A stretch of DNA of 64,000 nucleotides, taken from NCBI GenBank assembly GCA_963702205.1, contig OY969724.1:2016001-2080000 (forward strand), given 5' to 3'. The notes beneath the pieces are model-generated. The model was not told the origin of the DNA, did not search any database, and saw nothing but the letters and a program-made list of their open reading frames with translations. How positions within the stretch are numbered: the stretch's first letter is position 1; each line of letters opens with the position of its first letter. Both the position numbers and the translations under genes were made by a program. The DNA is from an uncultured candidate division Zixibacteria bacterium (GTDB lineage: Bacteria; Zixibacteria; MSB-5A5; GN15; PGXB01). Shown here piece by piece: positions 31,793 to 42,449 of the stretch.

Positions 31793-33193
31793 ATGAAAAA
31801 GATTAGAAATGCCTCGGAAGCCATTAATCCCCGAGTTATCAAACCGGGAAGTGTTATATACACATCGGGCAACGCCGCTACGCCCCGCGAATTGCTGAAG
31901 CAATTGGCGGTTGATCTTGAAATAAAACATGTCGCCCTTTACAGCATTCTTCTTCTCGGTGAAGGGCTGGAAGAGCTGTTCAGCCCGCGCCGATGTGATG
32001 AGTTGACCCACAGGGTCATATTTAACAGCCATCTTACCCGCGAAGCGGTTAACCAGGGTCGTGCCAAATATCATCCGATGCACCTGTCCGAAATACCGAG
32101 GTACGCCCGAAGGCCGGGCGGACCTAATATTGTACTATGCTCGGTAGCCGGGCCGGATAATGGCGGCAATTACAGTCTGGGGACAACGGTCGAAGCTGTA
32201 CGCGCGGCGATAGAGTCGGCCCGCGAAAGAGGTGGAGTGGTCATTGCCGAACGCAACGCCAAAATGCCGTTCGTGCTGGGGGTGAGCGTCCCCGGATCGT
32301 ACATAGATTATTTGCTGGAAACCGATTATTCTTTGCCGGCCAGCCCGGTGCACAATCCCGATGAGCGCGCCCGGAGAATCGCAGAGATTATTGCGTCGAG
32401 ATTTATAAGAGACGGTTCCGGACATGAGCCCGGTTCGACATTGCAGTATGGTATCGGCGAAGTCCCTGAAGCGGTGACCGAAGCTATTTTAAAAAGGGGT
32501 TACAAAGACCTTGGGATTCACACCGAGCTTTTCGCCGACGGCATGAGGCGTTTGATTGAGGCCGGTGCGGTAACCAACCGGTGGAAACCGGATATCAACT
32601 TCTCGATTTCATCCATATTCCTGATGGCAATGCAGGAAGGCTACGACTGGCTCGACTATAACAGCTCGGTGCAAAGCCGTTCGTCGCGGTACACCAACAG
32701 TGTCTTCAGTATCGCCGAGCAGCCGTGTATGGTGACGATCAACAGCGCCATCGGGGTCGATCTCCACGGTAATATCTGGGCCGATTCGCTCGATGCCCGC
32801 AAAGTATACAGCGGGGTCGGAGGACAGGCGGATTTCATCCGAGGGGCGCAATACTCCGAAGGCGGCGTGGCCATCATTGCCCTTAAGTCGACCACGAAAG
32901 ACGGCAAATCGAAAATCGTGGATCGTTGTCCCGCCGGAATTACCACGACCGCCATTCCGGCCGATCAGGTTATTATCGTTACGGAAAACGGGGCCTTCGA
33001 CCCGAGACGTTTGAGTCTGGGTGAGCGGGCGGTCGGTATCGCCCATCTGGCCCGAAAGGATTATCGCGACGATCTTATGAATACGATCACGCACGATCCC
33101 GCTTTTCATAAGCCGAGCTGGATTGTACATAAGGGCGTGCCCGGGTTTATTCCGTACGATAAGGCGATCGAGTCTCCGGAATTATATGGATAA
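31793..33193 (+). CDS. Acetyl-CoA hydrolase/transferase family (4-hydroxybutyrate CoA-transferase-like)
   Basis: TLQYGIG, LGIHTE, SGVGGQADFIRGA, IIALKST, VTENG. Confidence 0.88.
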   Translation: MKKIRNASEAINPRVIKPGSVIYTSGNAATPRELLKQLAVDLEIKHVALYSILLLGEGLEELFSPRRCDELTHRVIFNSHLTREAVNQGRAKYHPMHLSEIPRYARRPGGPNIVLCSVAGPDNGGNYSLGTTVEAVRAAIESARERGGVVIAERNAKMPFVLGVSVPGSYIDYLLETDYSLPASPVHNPDERARRIAEIIASRFIRDGSGHEPGSTLQYGIGEVPEAVTEAILKRGYKDLGIHTELFADGMRRLIEAGAVTNRWKPDINFSISSIFLMAMQEGYDWLDYNSSVQSRSSRYTNSVFSIAEQPCMVTINSAIGVDLHGNIWADSLDARKVYSGVGGQADFIRGAQYSEGGVAIIALKSTTKDGKSKIVDRCPAGITTTAIPADQVIIVTENGAFDPRRLSLGERAVGIAHLARKDYRDDLMNTITHDPAFHKPSWIVHKGVPGFIPYDKAIESPELYG

Positions 33194-33289
33194 AACGGGA
33201 CATCTTTGTCCTTGTATTTCTCCCTGCATTTTAGTATCTTAATAATACTACTCCGCAATTTACTCTTTTTTAATAGAAAGGAATCAACT

Positions 33290-33748
33290 ATGCTCGTCAG
33301 AACACTTTTAATGGAAAAAAAACGCGATCTGATCACGATCGGGCCCGGCAAGCCGGTAGACTTGGCGATGGAGACTCTTATCGCCAATAATATTGGCTGT
33401 CTCCCGGTTATTGATGAATCCGGCAAACTCTCGGGCATTATAAGTGATAAAGACATTTTCAGAAAAATCCACGAGTCCAAAGGTGAATACCATAATTTAC
33501 ACGTGGAAGACGTAATGACAACGGCCGTGATCGTGGGGCTGCCGGATGATGATGTCGCTTATATCGCGGGTGTGATGACCAAAAACTGGATTCGCCACGT
33601 GCCAATAATGGAAGGTGAAAATCTGATCGGATTGGTTTCTCTGAGAGATATTATAAGAGTCCAGGCGGAAAAGAGGGAAGTCGAAAACCGCTATATGAAG
33701 CTTTATCTGGAAGGTCTTCACACGCGGGATAAGTCGGCGGACCTTTAG
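33290..33748 (+). CDS. CBS domain protein
   Basis: IGCLPV..GIISDKD, VEDVMT, IRHVPI..GLVSLRD. Confidence 0.9.
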   Translation: MLVRTLLMEKKRDLITIGPGKPVDLAMETLIANNIGCLPVIDESGKLSGIISDKDIFRKIHESKGEYHNLHVEDVMTTAVIVGLPDDDVAYIAGVMTKNWIRHVPIMEGENLIGLVSLRDIIRVQAEKREVENRYMKLYLEGLHTRDKSADL

Positions 33749-33940
33749 AGATTAAAAGGACTAAATAACCGCATAAACTTTCGTATTAAAATTAAAGCCC
33801 CTTGTTGGTACAAGAGGCTCTCAAGAGGTATGTGCACAGCCTTTATTCTGCCCTAGGCTGTAATAATTAAACCCCATAATGGGCTGGTTCGTTCCATTTT
33901 ATCCTAATTTTGCACTATTTTTTTAATTTCCCCATAAATC

Positions 33941-33969
33941 TTGACATAAATACATCCTGCCCCTATTTT
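33941..33969 (+). promoter_or_regulatory. sigma70-like promoter
   Basis: TTGACA-17 nt-TATTTT upstream of ATG 34000. Confidence 0.5.
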
Positions 33970-33999
33970 GTGCCCAACCCAAAAGCAAGGCAACAACTT

Positions 34000-35103
34000 A
34001 TGAATATCAAATTTCTTGACTTACAGGCGCAATACCAGAGCATTAAAGAAGAAATGGACCGGGCGATCCACGAGGTATTAAACACATCGGTCTATATTCT
34101 CGGTCCGGCGGTAGATAATTTCGAAAAGAAATTCGCCGAGTATTGTTCCTGCAAATATGCAATGGGCGTCAATTCGGGCACATCGGCGCTGCTTTTGGCC
34201 CTGAAGGCGCTCAGAATCGGTCCCGGTGATGAAGTTATCACCACCGCCAATACTTTTATCGCAACGCTGGCGGCTATCGTGGAATCCGGGGCAACCCCGG
34301 TTTTGGTCGACGCCGACCCGGAAACTCGTCTGCTTGATATCGATCAGTTTGAGTCGGCGATTACACCCAAAACCAAAGCCATTATTCCCGTTCATCTGTA
34401 CGGCCTGATGCCGGATATGGGGCGGATTATGGATATCGCGAATGAACACGATATTTTCATAATCGAAGATGCCGCGCAGGCCCAGGGCGCGAAATTCAAA
34501 GACCGGATGGCCGGGTCGTTCGGCATTTTGGCCTGTTTTTCGTTTTATCCGGCCAAAAATCTTGGGGCTTACGGCGAAGCCGGGGCGGTCGTGACCTCCG
34601 ACCAGGCGCTGGCCGAGCGAATTCGCAAGCTGCGGGATCAGGGTTCGGACCGTAAGTATTTTCATGACTACCTCGGTTACAACGAACGCATGGACGGCCT
34701 GCAGGGAGCGGTGCTGGGCGTAAAATTGAAATATCTGGACAAGTGGAATCAGGCCCGCAACGTCATAGCGGACAAATACTTGAGCCTTATGGCGGGATTG
34801 CCGGTCAAGCTGCCGCCTCAGTTCGAAGAACGTTATCAGATTTATCACCAATTCGCTGTTGAATGTGACCAGCGCAATGAGCTCCAGCAGCATCTGTCCC
34901 GCCAGGGAGTCCCGACCATGATTCACTACCCGATTCCCATGCATCATCAAAAGGGGTATAAACGGGCCGGGTTGCCGGAATTGCATTTGCCCGTGACGGA
35001 AAAATTATCGGAGACGATTTTATCGCTGCCGCTTTACCCGGAACTTAAGGACGAAGAAATCGAATATATAGCCCGACAGGTAAAGGGATTTTTCGGGAAA
35101 TAA
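34000..35103 (+). CDS. DegT/DnrJ/EryC1/StrS aminotransferase
   Basis: NSGTSAL, PVHLYG, EDAAQA, SFYPAKNLGAYGEAG. Confidence 0.95.
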   Translation: MNIKFLDLQAQYQSIKEEMDRAIHEVLNTSVYILGPAVDNFEKKFAEYCSCKYAMGVNSGTSALLLALKALRIGPGDEVITTANTFIATLAAIVESGATPVLVDADPETRLLDIDQFESAITPKTKAIIPVHLYGLMPDMGRIMDIANEHDIFIIEDAAQAQGAKFKDRMAGSFGILACFSFYPAKNLGAYGEAGAVVTSDQALAERIRKLRDQGSDRKYFHDYLGYNERMDGLQGAVLGVKLKYLDKWNQARNVIADKYLSLMAGLPVKLPPQFEERYQIYHQFAVECDQRNELQQHLSRQGVPTMIHYPIPMHHQKGYKRAGLPELHLPVTEKLSETILSLPLYPELKDEEIEYIARQVKGFFGK

Positions 35104-35117
35104 AATCCCGAATCGTC

Positions 35118-37250
35118 ATGAATATATCGAGGCGATTGGAATGGCTGCTGTTTGCGGTGCTGGCCGCGACTGCTCTGTTTTTGCGGAGCTATTTTTTATC
35201 GGCTGACCCGCCGGTGGACCTGTCCTACAGTACCGGCGTTCTGACCGATCCCGCTCAATATACGTCATTCGCCCGTAATTTCGTACTCTGGGGATCGTTT
35301 AATCCACTGCACGACTACCGGTTGGTTCTGTTTATGAAGTCATTGACAACGGCCGTATCATTCCCGGTCTTCTCCGTGTTGGGATCCGGCTATGTGCAAT
35401 CCAACGTGGTTGCGCTTATATTTTCGTTTCCGGCGATTACATTTATTTATTTCGCCGTCAGAAAAATATCCGGGAATCTGGCCGCGTTGTTCTTTTTGGC
35501 TTTGTTGACTTTCGATTTCAACCAGATATTTTTCGGGCGATATCCATTTCTTGAAAACAGCCTGATATTCGGCGCCTCGCTTTCGTTTCTAATTCTGGTT
35601 TATTCGGAAAAGCCCATTTTTTCGTTTTTGGCCGGCATGATACTGGGTGCTGGAATATTCTTTGGTAAGATGATCGGGATTATTTTCATATTTCCCGCCG
35701 TCTGTTTCGGGCTGTACGAATACTTTTTCAAGTACCGTCCCGATTGGAAGAAATTTCTCTTGAGGCACGGCCTTTTCTGGGCCGGATTTTTGGCCGTGCT
35801 GGCCTTTTGGTATTTTTACAGTTATCGTCCGATGGCCAATTCGGTCGAAGGTTATCTCGAAGAACAAGCGCTGGGGCTGTATGGTGCGCCTGATGGTCTC
35901 CGGTCTCTTTGGTTTTTTATGTATAAGTACGCCACGTTCGGGGCCACCAGCAAGCTGTTCCAGAGAATGCCGGTGGCGGCACTTCTGGCGTGGGTGATTA
36001 TTGCCCTGTTTTTAAGTAATGCCGTCACCAAATCCGGCCGGAAAAAAGAACTTTCCAAATGGGCGCCCGGGCTGGTTTTTCTAATTGCATGGATCATAGC
36101 AGCCTACGGGTCATTGATGATCTGGAATTATCGGCCTTTGAGATATCAGACATTGGTTATATATCCGGCTTATGCTCTGGCGGCGGTGGCCTTGTCGCAT
36201 CTCTGGAACAGCCGGGGGCGGATTTTCAAAGATTACATTTCCCCAATATATGCCCCGATTTTGTATTTTTTGCTTCTTCCCCCGGTATTTCAATTAATTG
36301 CATTTTCCTTCAGGGACTCGGTCAATACGAGCACCTATTATGAATTCAATGCGGCTATGTTCATCGTTTCGGCCCTGATTGCAGCGGCGCTGTTTGCCAT
36401 GCGTTTATTTTTCAAAAGAGGGCTCGTTCTTCCCGGGCGGGGCATTCTTGCCGGTATCGCAATAGTCATTCTCGGGATCGGGACCATCCCCAACCTGCTG
36501 CATTATGTCCGATGGACCGGCGAGGCATCGTTTACGACGGAGGCCGCCGCGCGGGACCTGACGACGATCGTATCCCCGGAAGCGGTCTTGTCGGGGCCGT
36601 ACGCCGCCCGCCTGACTCAGGACAACAGGCTGCTGAATCTGATTCACATGTTCGGCGTCGCCAGCGTCGATACCGCCTTTTTCGCGAGGTATCCGGTGAC
36701 CCATTTGCTGGTCGATAAACCCAATTATGAAGCCGCCGTCGAGCAGTACCCGGAAATCATGAAGAAGGCCTCTTTGGTAGGCGAATACAGGATATCGTCG
36801 CGGCTGGTATATTTATACCGCATAGCCGGGTTGACCGGGAACATACAGGCCGATAATTACATTTTTTCAGATTATGAAAAGGCCCGCTATTATTTATCCA
36901 GGGGCATAATGGATTCTTCGGATTTTTATATGCGAAGGTATCTTGACGGCAATCCGGGCAACCTTTCGGGCAACCTGACCTACGGCGCGGTCCAGTTCGA
37001 AAAGGGAAATTTGAATGAAGCGGGCAAATATTACAACCGGGCATTAAATTTTTCACCGACGGATTTTCACTTGCGGTATAAGTTGGGCGAATTTTATATT
37101 AAGATGTATGAAATTACAGACGATTCCGGATATTTTGACAAGGCCCGGAGGCAGTTCGATCTGGCCGAAAAATATAATAATACGTCGGTAATGCTGAAAA
37201 ATATGATTTCCAAACTCCTCAGCACAAAGGATACCCTGCGCGTTGAATAA
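35118..37250 (+). CDS. GT-C-like membrane glycosyltransferase with C-terminal TPR
   Basis: LSADPP..TDPAQY..FARN after TM1, many TMs, TPR at C-terminus. Confidence 0.65.
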   Translation: MNISRRLEWLLFAVLAATALFLRSYFLSADPPVDLSYSTGVLTDPAQYTSFARNFVLWGSFNPLHDYRLVLFMKSLTTAVSFPVFSVLGSGYVQSNVVALIFSFPAITFIYFAVRKISGNLAALFFLALLTFDFNQIFFGRYPFLENSLIFGASLSFLILVYSEKPIFSFLAGMILGAGIFFGKMIGIIFIFPAVCFGLYEYFFKYRPDWKKFLLRHGLFWAGFLAVLAFWYFYSYRPMANSVEGYLEEQALGLYGAPDGLRSLWFFMYKYATFGATSKLFQRMPVAALLAWVIIALFLSNAVTKSGRKKELSKWAPGLVFLIAWIIAAYGSLMIWNYRPLRYQTLVIYPAYALAAVALSHLWNSRGRIFKDYISPIYAPILYFLLLPPVFQLIAFSFRDSVNTSTYYEFNAAMFIVSALIAAALFAMRLFFKRGLVLPGRGILAGIAIVILGIGTIPNLLHYVRWTGEASFTTEAAARDLTTIVSPEAVLSGPYAARLTQDNRLLNLIHMFGVASVDTAFFARYPVTHLLVDKPNYEAAVEQYPEIMKKASLVGEYRISSRLVYLYRIAGLTGNIQADNYIFSDYEKARYYLSRGIMDSSDFYMRRYLDGNPGNLSGNLTYGAVQFEKGNLNEAGKYYNRALNFSPTDFHLRYKLGEFYIKMYEITDDSGYFDKARRQFDLAEKYNNTSVMLKNMISKLLSTKDTLRVE

Positions 37251-38181
37251 AATAATCTCGGTGATCGTACCGGCCTTCAACGAGGAAGGCAACATAGACG
37301 AATTTTGCCGACTTTTCGGCGAAATGGTCCAGAAGGAAAGCAATCAATACGAGCTGATTTATGTCGATGACGGTTCCACCGACGGCACGTTCAATAAAAT
37401 TAAAGCGGCGTCCGAAACACAAACGTTCATAAAATACGCCCGTCATACCTTCAACCGGGGCCTGACGCGCGCCCTTGAAAGCGGCTTTTCGATCGCTACG
37501 GGCGAGATATACGTCTTTTATCCGGCCGATCTTCAATACCTGCCGGAGGACATACCGGCGCTGGTGCAGCCGATTCTGGACGGGGCCGACGTGTCCACCG
37601 GCTGGAAGCAGGGGAAGTACAACAAGCGTTTCGTGTCGACCATATATAATTATCTTTCACGCCGAATATTCGGCTTGAAAGTGCACGATTTGAATTCGGT
37701 CAAGGCGTTCAAGGCCGAAGTCATAAAAGACATTTTTATGCGGCGCGACTGGCACCGCTATCTGGTCGTTCTGGCGGCGGACAAGGGGCATTCGATTGCC
37801 GAGGTCAAAATGCCTCTGTATGAGCGTAAATGGGGCCAGTCGAAGTTTTCGGTCTGGCGCATTCCGGTCGGTGTGCTGGATATGCTGGCGGTCAAGGCTC
37901 AAATATCGTTTCTGCGTAAGCCGCTTTTGTTTTTCGGCCTGTTTGGTACAGTCTTTCTTTTTCTCGGAGGGGTGATCGGAGTATACGCTTTGTACTTACG
38001 ATTCGTACTGGATGAAGGCTTGCGGATGCTTTTGTATCTGGTTCTGCTCATGATCGGTATCGGGATGGGCTTGTTTATCCTGGGCTTTCTGGCCGAATCG
38101 ATCGCGGCCCTCAAGGAAGAAACCAATTCCATTAGACAGAAGCTTGATTTGTTAATCGACCGCCCCAAGAAACAGGATTAG
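37243..38181 (+). CDS. GT2 glycosyltransferase (ArnC-like, polyprenol-phosphate)
   Basis: VPAFNEE, VDDGSTD, two C-terminal TMs. Confidence 0.88.
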   Translation: MNKIISVIVPAFNEEGNIDEFCRLFGEMVQKESNQYELIYVDDGSTDGTFNKIKAASETQTFIKYARHTFNRGLTRALESGFSIATGEIYVFYPADLQYLPEDIPALVQPILDGADVSTGWKQGKYNKRFVSTIYNYLSRRIFGLKVHDLNSVKAFKAEVIKDIFMRRDWHRYLVVLAADKGHSIAEVKMPLYERKWGQSKFSVWRIPVGVLDMLAVKAQISFLRKPLLFFGLFGTVFLFLGGVIGVYALYLRFVLDEGLRMLLYLVLLMIGIGMGLFILGFLAESIAALKEETNSIRQKLDLLIDRPKKQD

Positions 38182-38222
38182 TATAGAAAGTCATTTTCGA
38201 CCACAAGTTACTGGAGAAAATA

Positions 38223-40679
38223 TTGGTCAAAAAGAAAAATAAACAGGCGGCCCCGACGGCCAGAAAATCCACGGCCGGCAAAAGCAGTTTCGATCCGGAA
38301 AGTTTTAAATATTATTTCCCCGTCCTCCTGGCGGTGATGATCGTCGGTATCGTCCTGTTATTCAAAGACTTTCTGTTCTCGGATAACATGCTGTACGGCT
38401 CCGATACTATCAATGCCGGTCTGTTTTTCCGCCATTTTTATGTCGATTACGTGCGCAGTTTCGGCAGCGTCCCGCTTTGGGATCCGTACATTTTCGGCGG
38501 CTTGCCGTTTATCGATGCGTTTCACGGCGACATATTTTATCCGTTATCGACGCTGAAATTCTTCGGTAATATGTACCGCATGCTCGGGATCAATCTGGTG
38601 ATACATATTTTTCTGGCCGGAATATTTATGTACTTCACGGCCCGCCAGTTTCGCCTGGGGCGGTTGACGTCATCGGTATCGGCTCTGGCCTATATGTTTT
38701 CGGGCTACCTGGTTTCGCTGGTGGCTCCGGGACACGACGGCAAAATATTCGTGACGGCTCTGTTTCCTCTGACCATGCTCTTTCTCGACCGGGCCTTCGA
38801 GAAAAAACCATTTTTGAATTTCACCATTCTCGGACTGGTGATCGGCGTTATTATTCTGACCCCGCACGCGCAGTTGTCTTACTATGCGCTTTGGGCGATA
38901 GCTCTGTATGGTGCGTTCAGGCTGGTTTTACTATATAAAGAAACCGGAAAAATCGGCGGCCTCGTGAAACCCTCGGCGTTTCTGGGCTGGGCGGTGCTGG
39001 TCGGGGTGTTGATTTCAGCCGTGCAGTTTCTACCGGGTTATATTTATACTACGGAATATTCTCCGCGAGCCGATACCAAGCGTGGCTGGGACTGGGCAAC
39101 GTCATGGTCGATGCACCAGGAAGAGGCTATGTCGCTGGTAGTGCCGGAATTTCCCGGAAACGACAGCACCCGGGGCCAATTGTACTGGGGCAAAAATTCA
39201 TTCAAGGATAACAGTGAGTATGCCGGGGTAATCCCGCTGTTTCTCGCAATTATCGGGGTATTTTTTTATCGGTCACGTAAAGCGATATTTTTCGGAATAC
39301 TGGCCCTGTTCGCCCTGATTTACGCTCTCGGTGCGACCACTCCGATTTTCAGGATATTTTATTATTTGATACCGAATGTGAAATCGCTTCGGGCACCGGC
39401 TACAATTATGTTCCTGTTTCTGTTCAGCGTGTCTCTTCTGGCCGGGATGGGCCTGCAGTATATAATCGATAAATCAAAGCAATTTTCGGACACGACGCGG
39501 AAGAGGCTGCATATATATCTTTTTGGTGCGACCGGACTTCTGCTTCTCGGAGCGCTGTTATTCGGTGTGGCCGGGGAGAGCATACTGACACTTTATACGT
39601 CGATATTCTACAGCAACGTACAAACGCTCGTGCCGGGCGGCGGACGTTGGAAAACGGCCCTGATGAACCTGCCTCACATTCAGAGCGGCTTTTGGATTGC
39701 CTTTCTGCTGGTAGGATTCGTTGCCGCTGCCATATACTTGTTTGCCAATAAAAAGTCCGGGCGGATGATATTGTTTATCATTCCACTGCTGATCATGGTC
39801 GACGGCATTCGTTTCAATTCCAGATTCGTGAGCGATTATGATTACAGGCAGGATACGTCGCCCAACCCGCTGACCGACTATTTAAAAACGCTGCCCGGTC
39901 ATTACCGGGTTTTGGATTTGGGAGTATTCCGGGACGATTATCTGCCGTTCTTCGATATTTCAGTGGTAAAAGGTTATCACGGCAATCAACTTCGATGGTA
40001 CGATGATCTTCTGGGCGGTCCGGGACTGACAGAATATAAAAATCCCAATTTTCTCGATCTGGCCGGGGCCGGGTATGTCCTGGGTCCGACCGACCGCGCG
40101 CAATACGCGAGGCTTTTCCCCGACTTGCCGCTGGTCTCGATCAAGAATTTCGGAAACGTCTCGGTATATAAAAACGAAGACGTTATTCCACGGGCCTTTT
40201 TGGTTCGTAACTATGAAGTGGAGCGCGACCGCAAGAATATATACCCGATGGTGCATAACGGTGCGGTGGATTTAAGAAACACAGTTGTACTCGAAAAGCA
40301 GCCCGATATTCAATTGTCGGCACCGGATTCTCTTTATGTTGACACGACCGGACAAGCTGCGATAACGCAGTACGCCGATGATTCTGTCATAGTACAGACC
40401 AACGCCGACTATAACAGCCTTCTGGTTCTGACCGATAACTGGTATTTCGCGTGGAAGGCCTTCGTCGATGGGGTGGAGAAACCCGTTTACAGAGCCGACG
40501 GGGCGTTTCGGGCCGTCCCTGTCGAAAAAGGGCAGCATACGGTTCTGTTCAAATACGATGACTCCAGGAATGCGTTGGGTGAGCTTATCACGCTGTTGAC
40601 TCTTTCGGTGGTCGCCATTATATTGGTCACTTACCTAATAATTTACTTTAAAACGAGGCAAAAGGCAGCGGTTACATGA
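38223..40679 (+). CDS. YfhO-family membrane protein (GT-C)
   Basis: PLWDPYIFGGLP, FYPL, C-terminal WKAFVDG..RAVPV.KGQH.V. Confidence 0.85.
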   Translation: MVKKKNKQAAPTARKSTAGKSSFDPESFKYYFPVLLAVMIVGIVLLFKDFLFSDNMLYGSDTINAGLFFRHFYVDYVRSFGSVPLWDPYIFGGLPFIDAFHGDIFYPLSTLKFFGNMYRMLGINLVIHIFLAGIFMYFTARQFRLGRLTSSVSALAYMFSGYLVSLVAPGHDGKIFVTALFPLTMLFLDRAFEKKPFLNFTILGLVIGVIILTPHAQLSYYALWAIALYGAFRLVLLYKETGKIGGLVKPSAFLGWAVLVGVLISAVQFLPGYIYTTEYSPRADTKRGWDWATSWSMHQEEAMSLVVPEFPGNDSTRGQLYWGKNSFKDNSEYAGVIPLFLAIIGVFFYRSRKAIFFGILALFALIYALGATTPIFRIFYYLIPNVKSLRAPATIMFLFLFSVSLLAGMGLQYIIDKSKQFSDTTRKRLHIYLFGATGLLLLGALLFGVAGESILTLYTSIFYSNVQTLVPGGGRWKTALMNLPHIQSGFWIAFLLVGFVAAAIYLFANKKSGRMILFIIPLLIMVDGIRFNSRFVSDYDYRQDTSPNPLTDYLKTLPGHYRVLDLGVFRDDYLPFFDISVVKGYHGNQLRWYDDLLGGPGLTEYKNPNFLDLAGAGYVLGPTDRAQYARLFPDLPLVSIKNFGNVSVYKNEDVIPRAFLVRNYEVERDRKNIYPMVHNGAVDLRNTVVLEKQPDIQLSAPDSLYVDTTGQAAITQYADDSVIVQTNADYNSLLVLTDNWYFAWKAFVDGVEKPVYRADGAFRAVPVEKGQHTVLFKYDDSRNALGELITLLTLSVVAIILVTYLIIYFKTRQKAAVT

Positions 40680-41404
40680 GCGACAACAAGAGAGCCCTGG
40701 TAATATTCCCCACGTATAACGAACGTGATAACATCGGCCGAATAATACCGAAAGTCCTCGAGAAGGACCCTTCGGTGCACGCCCTGGTGGTCGATGACAA
40801 TTCCCCCGACGGCACCGGAAAGATGGCCGACGATATGGCCGCGCAGAACGACCGGATTCACATTCTGCACCGTGACCGGAAAGATGGGCTCGGTCGGGCA
40901 TATATTGCCGGTTTCAAATGGGCGCTGGAGCAGAAGTTCGACTATATATTCGAAATGGACGCCGATTTTTCGCACAACCCGGATTATATCCCCGATTTCC
41001 TGAAGGCAATACGCGAAAACGACCTTGTGATCGGGTCGAGGTACATTTCCGGCGTGAACGTCGTCAACTGGCCAATGCGCCGGTTGATTCTATCTTATTT
41101 CGCTAATTATTACGCGCGAATAATTACCGGCCTCCCGGTACGCGACGGCACGGGCGGCTTTAAATGTTTTCGCAGGGAAGTTTTGGAAACAATAAAGCTT
41201 GATGAAATAAAATCAAACGGGTATATTTTCCAGATTGAGGTTTCGATGCGCGCATGGAAGCGGGGATTTAAAATTAAGGAGATCCCGATCGTTTTCGTGG
41301 ACAGGGAAAAAGGTGTGTCGAAGATGTCCAAGAAAATACTGCGAGAGGCGATATGGAAGGTATGGTACCTGAGGCTGATGTCAATAATAGGAAAAATGCG
41401 ATAG
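40676..41404 (+). CDS. Polyprenol monophosphomannose synthase (Dpm1-like GT2)
   Basis: PTYNERDNI, VDDNSPDGT, EMDADFSH, GSRY, FVDREKGVSKMS. Confidence 0.92.
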   Translation: MSDNKRALVIFPTYNERDNIGRIIPKVLEKDPSVHALVVDDNSPDGTGKMADDMAAQNDRIHILHRDRKDGLGRAYIAGFKWALEQKFDYIFEMDADFSHNPDYIPDFLKAIRENDLVIGSRYISGVNVVNWPMRRLILSYFANYYARIITGLPVRDGTGGFKCFRREVLETIKLDEIKSNGYIFQIEVSMRAWKRGFKIKEIPIVFVDREKGVSKMSKKILREAIWKVWYLRLMSIIGKMR

Positions 41405-41406
41405 AT

Positions 41407-42270
41407 ATGAAAAAGACCGAAAAACCGGCCGTCTCGGCCATAGTTGTGACATACAATTCGGGACGCTGTATTCTGTCCTGCCTGGAAGCGCTGATCGAGG
41501 AGATCGGCGAATTCGGCGGCGATATACTTGTTTTCGATAATAACTCCTCCGATACGACGGTCGAGAAAGTGATAGCATCCTTTCCGCAGGTTAAAATATA
41601 TCGCTCACCCAAAAACCTCGGTTTTGCGGCGGCCAACAATCAGGGGCTCCGGCTGGTCAACGGGCAGTACATACTGTTTATAAATCCCGATGCGGTTCTG
41701 GATAAAGGCGCCGTGGCGCACTTGGTTCGAACCATGGCCGATTACGAAGACGCCGGGGCGGTGGTCGGAAGGATGCGCAATCCCGACGGGACTTTTCAAT
41801 CGACCTGCCGGGAAGTGCCGGACAGCAAAAATATTTTCTTCTCGCGTGGGTCGGTTCTGAGCAAAATGATTTTGTCGCCACGAGAGCCCAATCCTCACAA
41901 CATGGACGATTTCGAGAAAATAACGGAAGTCCCGGCCGCGGCGGCGACGTGCATGTTGATCGAGCGCAGGCTATTTGAGAAAATCGGTGGTTTCGATGAC
42001 CGGTTTTTCCTGTTTGCGGAAGACGTGGACCTGTCGGTGAGGATTCGTCAAAGCGGACGCAAAGTATATTTTGTGCCCCAGGCCGGGGCGATACATTTAT
42101 GGGGGGAGGGAGCCCGGGTCTCACCGGTCAAACGCAGCTGGCATCATCATATGGCCATCTGGAAATACTTCATGAAACACTACCCGAGCGGTTTTTCGAA
42201 ATTCGTTCTGCCGGCGGCGCTGTTTGTCAATTTCGCCATCCGCACCATAACCGGTCTCGACTCGAAGTAA
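41407..42270 (+). CDS. GT2 glycosyltransferase (rhamnosyltransferase-like)
   Basis: IVVTYNS, NLGFAAANN, FINPD, GGFDDRFFLFAEDVD. Confidence 0.9.
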   Translation: MKKTEKPAVSAIVVTYNSGRCILSCLEALIEEIGEFGGDILVFDNNSSDTTVEKVIASFPQVKIYRSPKNLGFAAANNQGLRLVNGQYILFINPDAVLDKGAVAHLVRTMADYEDAGAVVGRMRNPDGTFQSTCREVPDSKNIFFSRGSVLSKMILSPREPNPHNMDDFEKITEVPAAAATCMLIERRLFEKIGGFDDRFFLFAEDVDLSVRIRQSGRKVYFVPQAGAIHLWGEGARVSPVKRSWHHHMAIWKYFMKHYPSGFSKFVLPAALFVNFAIRTITGLDSK

Positions 42271-42449
42271 ACCGAAGCCATTTGCCGAAAGCATCAAGCC
42301 ATCATTTTATGAAACTGTAATGCCTTGTCGTGTATATAATTAAATAAGCGATGAGAGGCCTTTTTTAGGTTGTTATTTTGAAAAATATGCGTATTTTAGC
42401 AGTTTGTCGGTCCCGGTTGGGCCATTAATAGTTTGCATGTGAATTAATT

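Noticed and set aside
26579..33193. Selenoproteins near selC
   Set aside because: No in-frame TGA at a Cys-equivalent position was recognised, and the split ORFs in the window are frameshifts rather than UGA readthrough.
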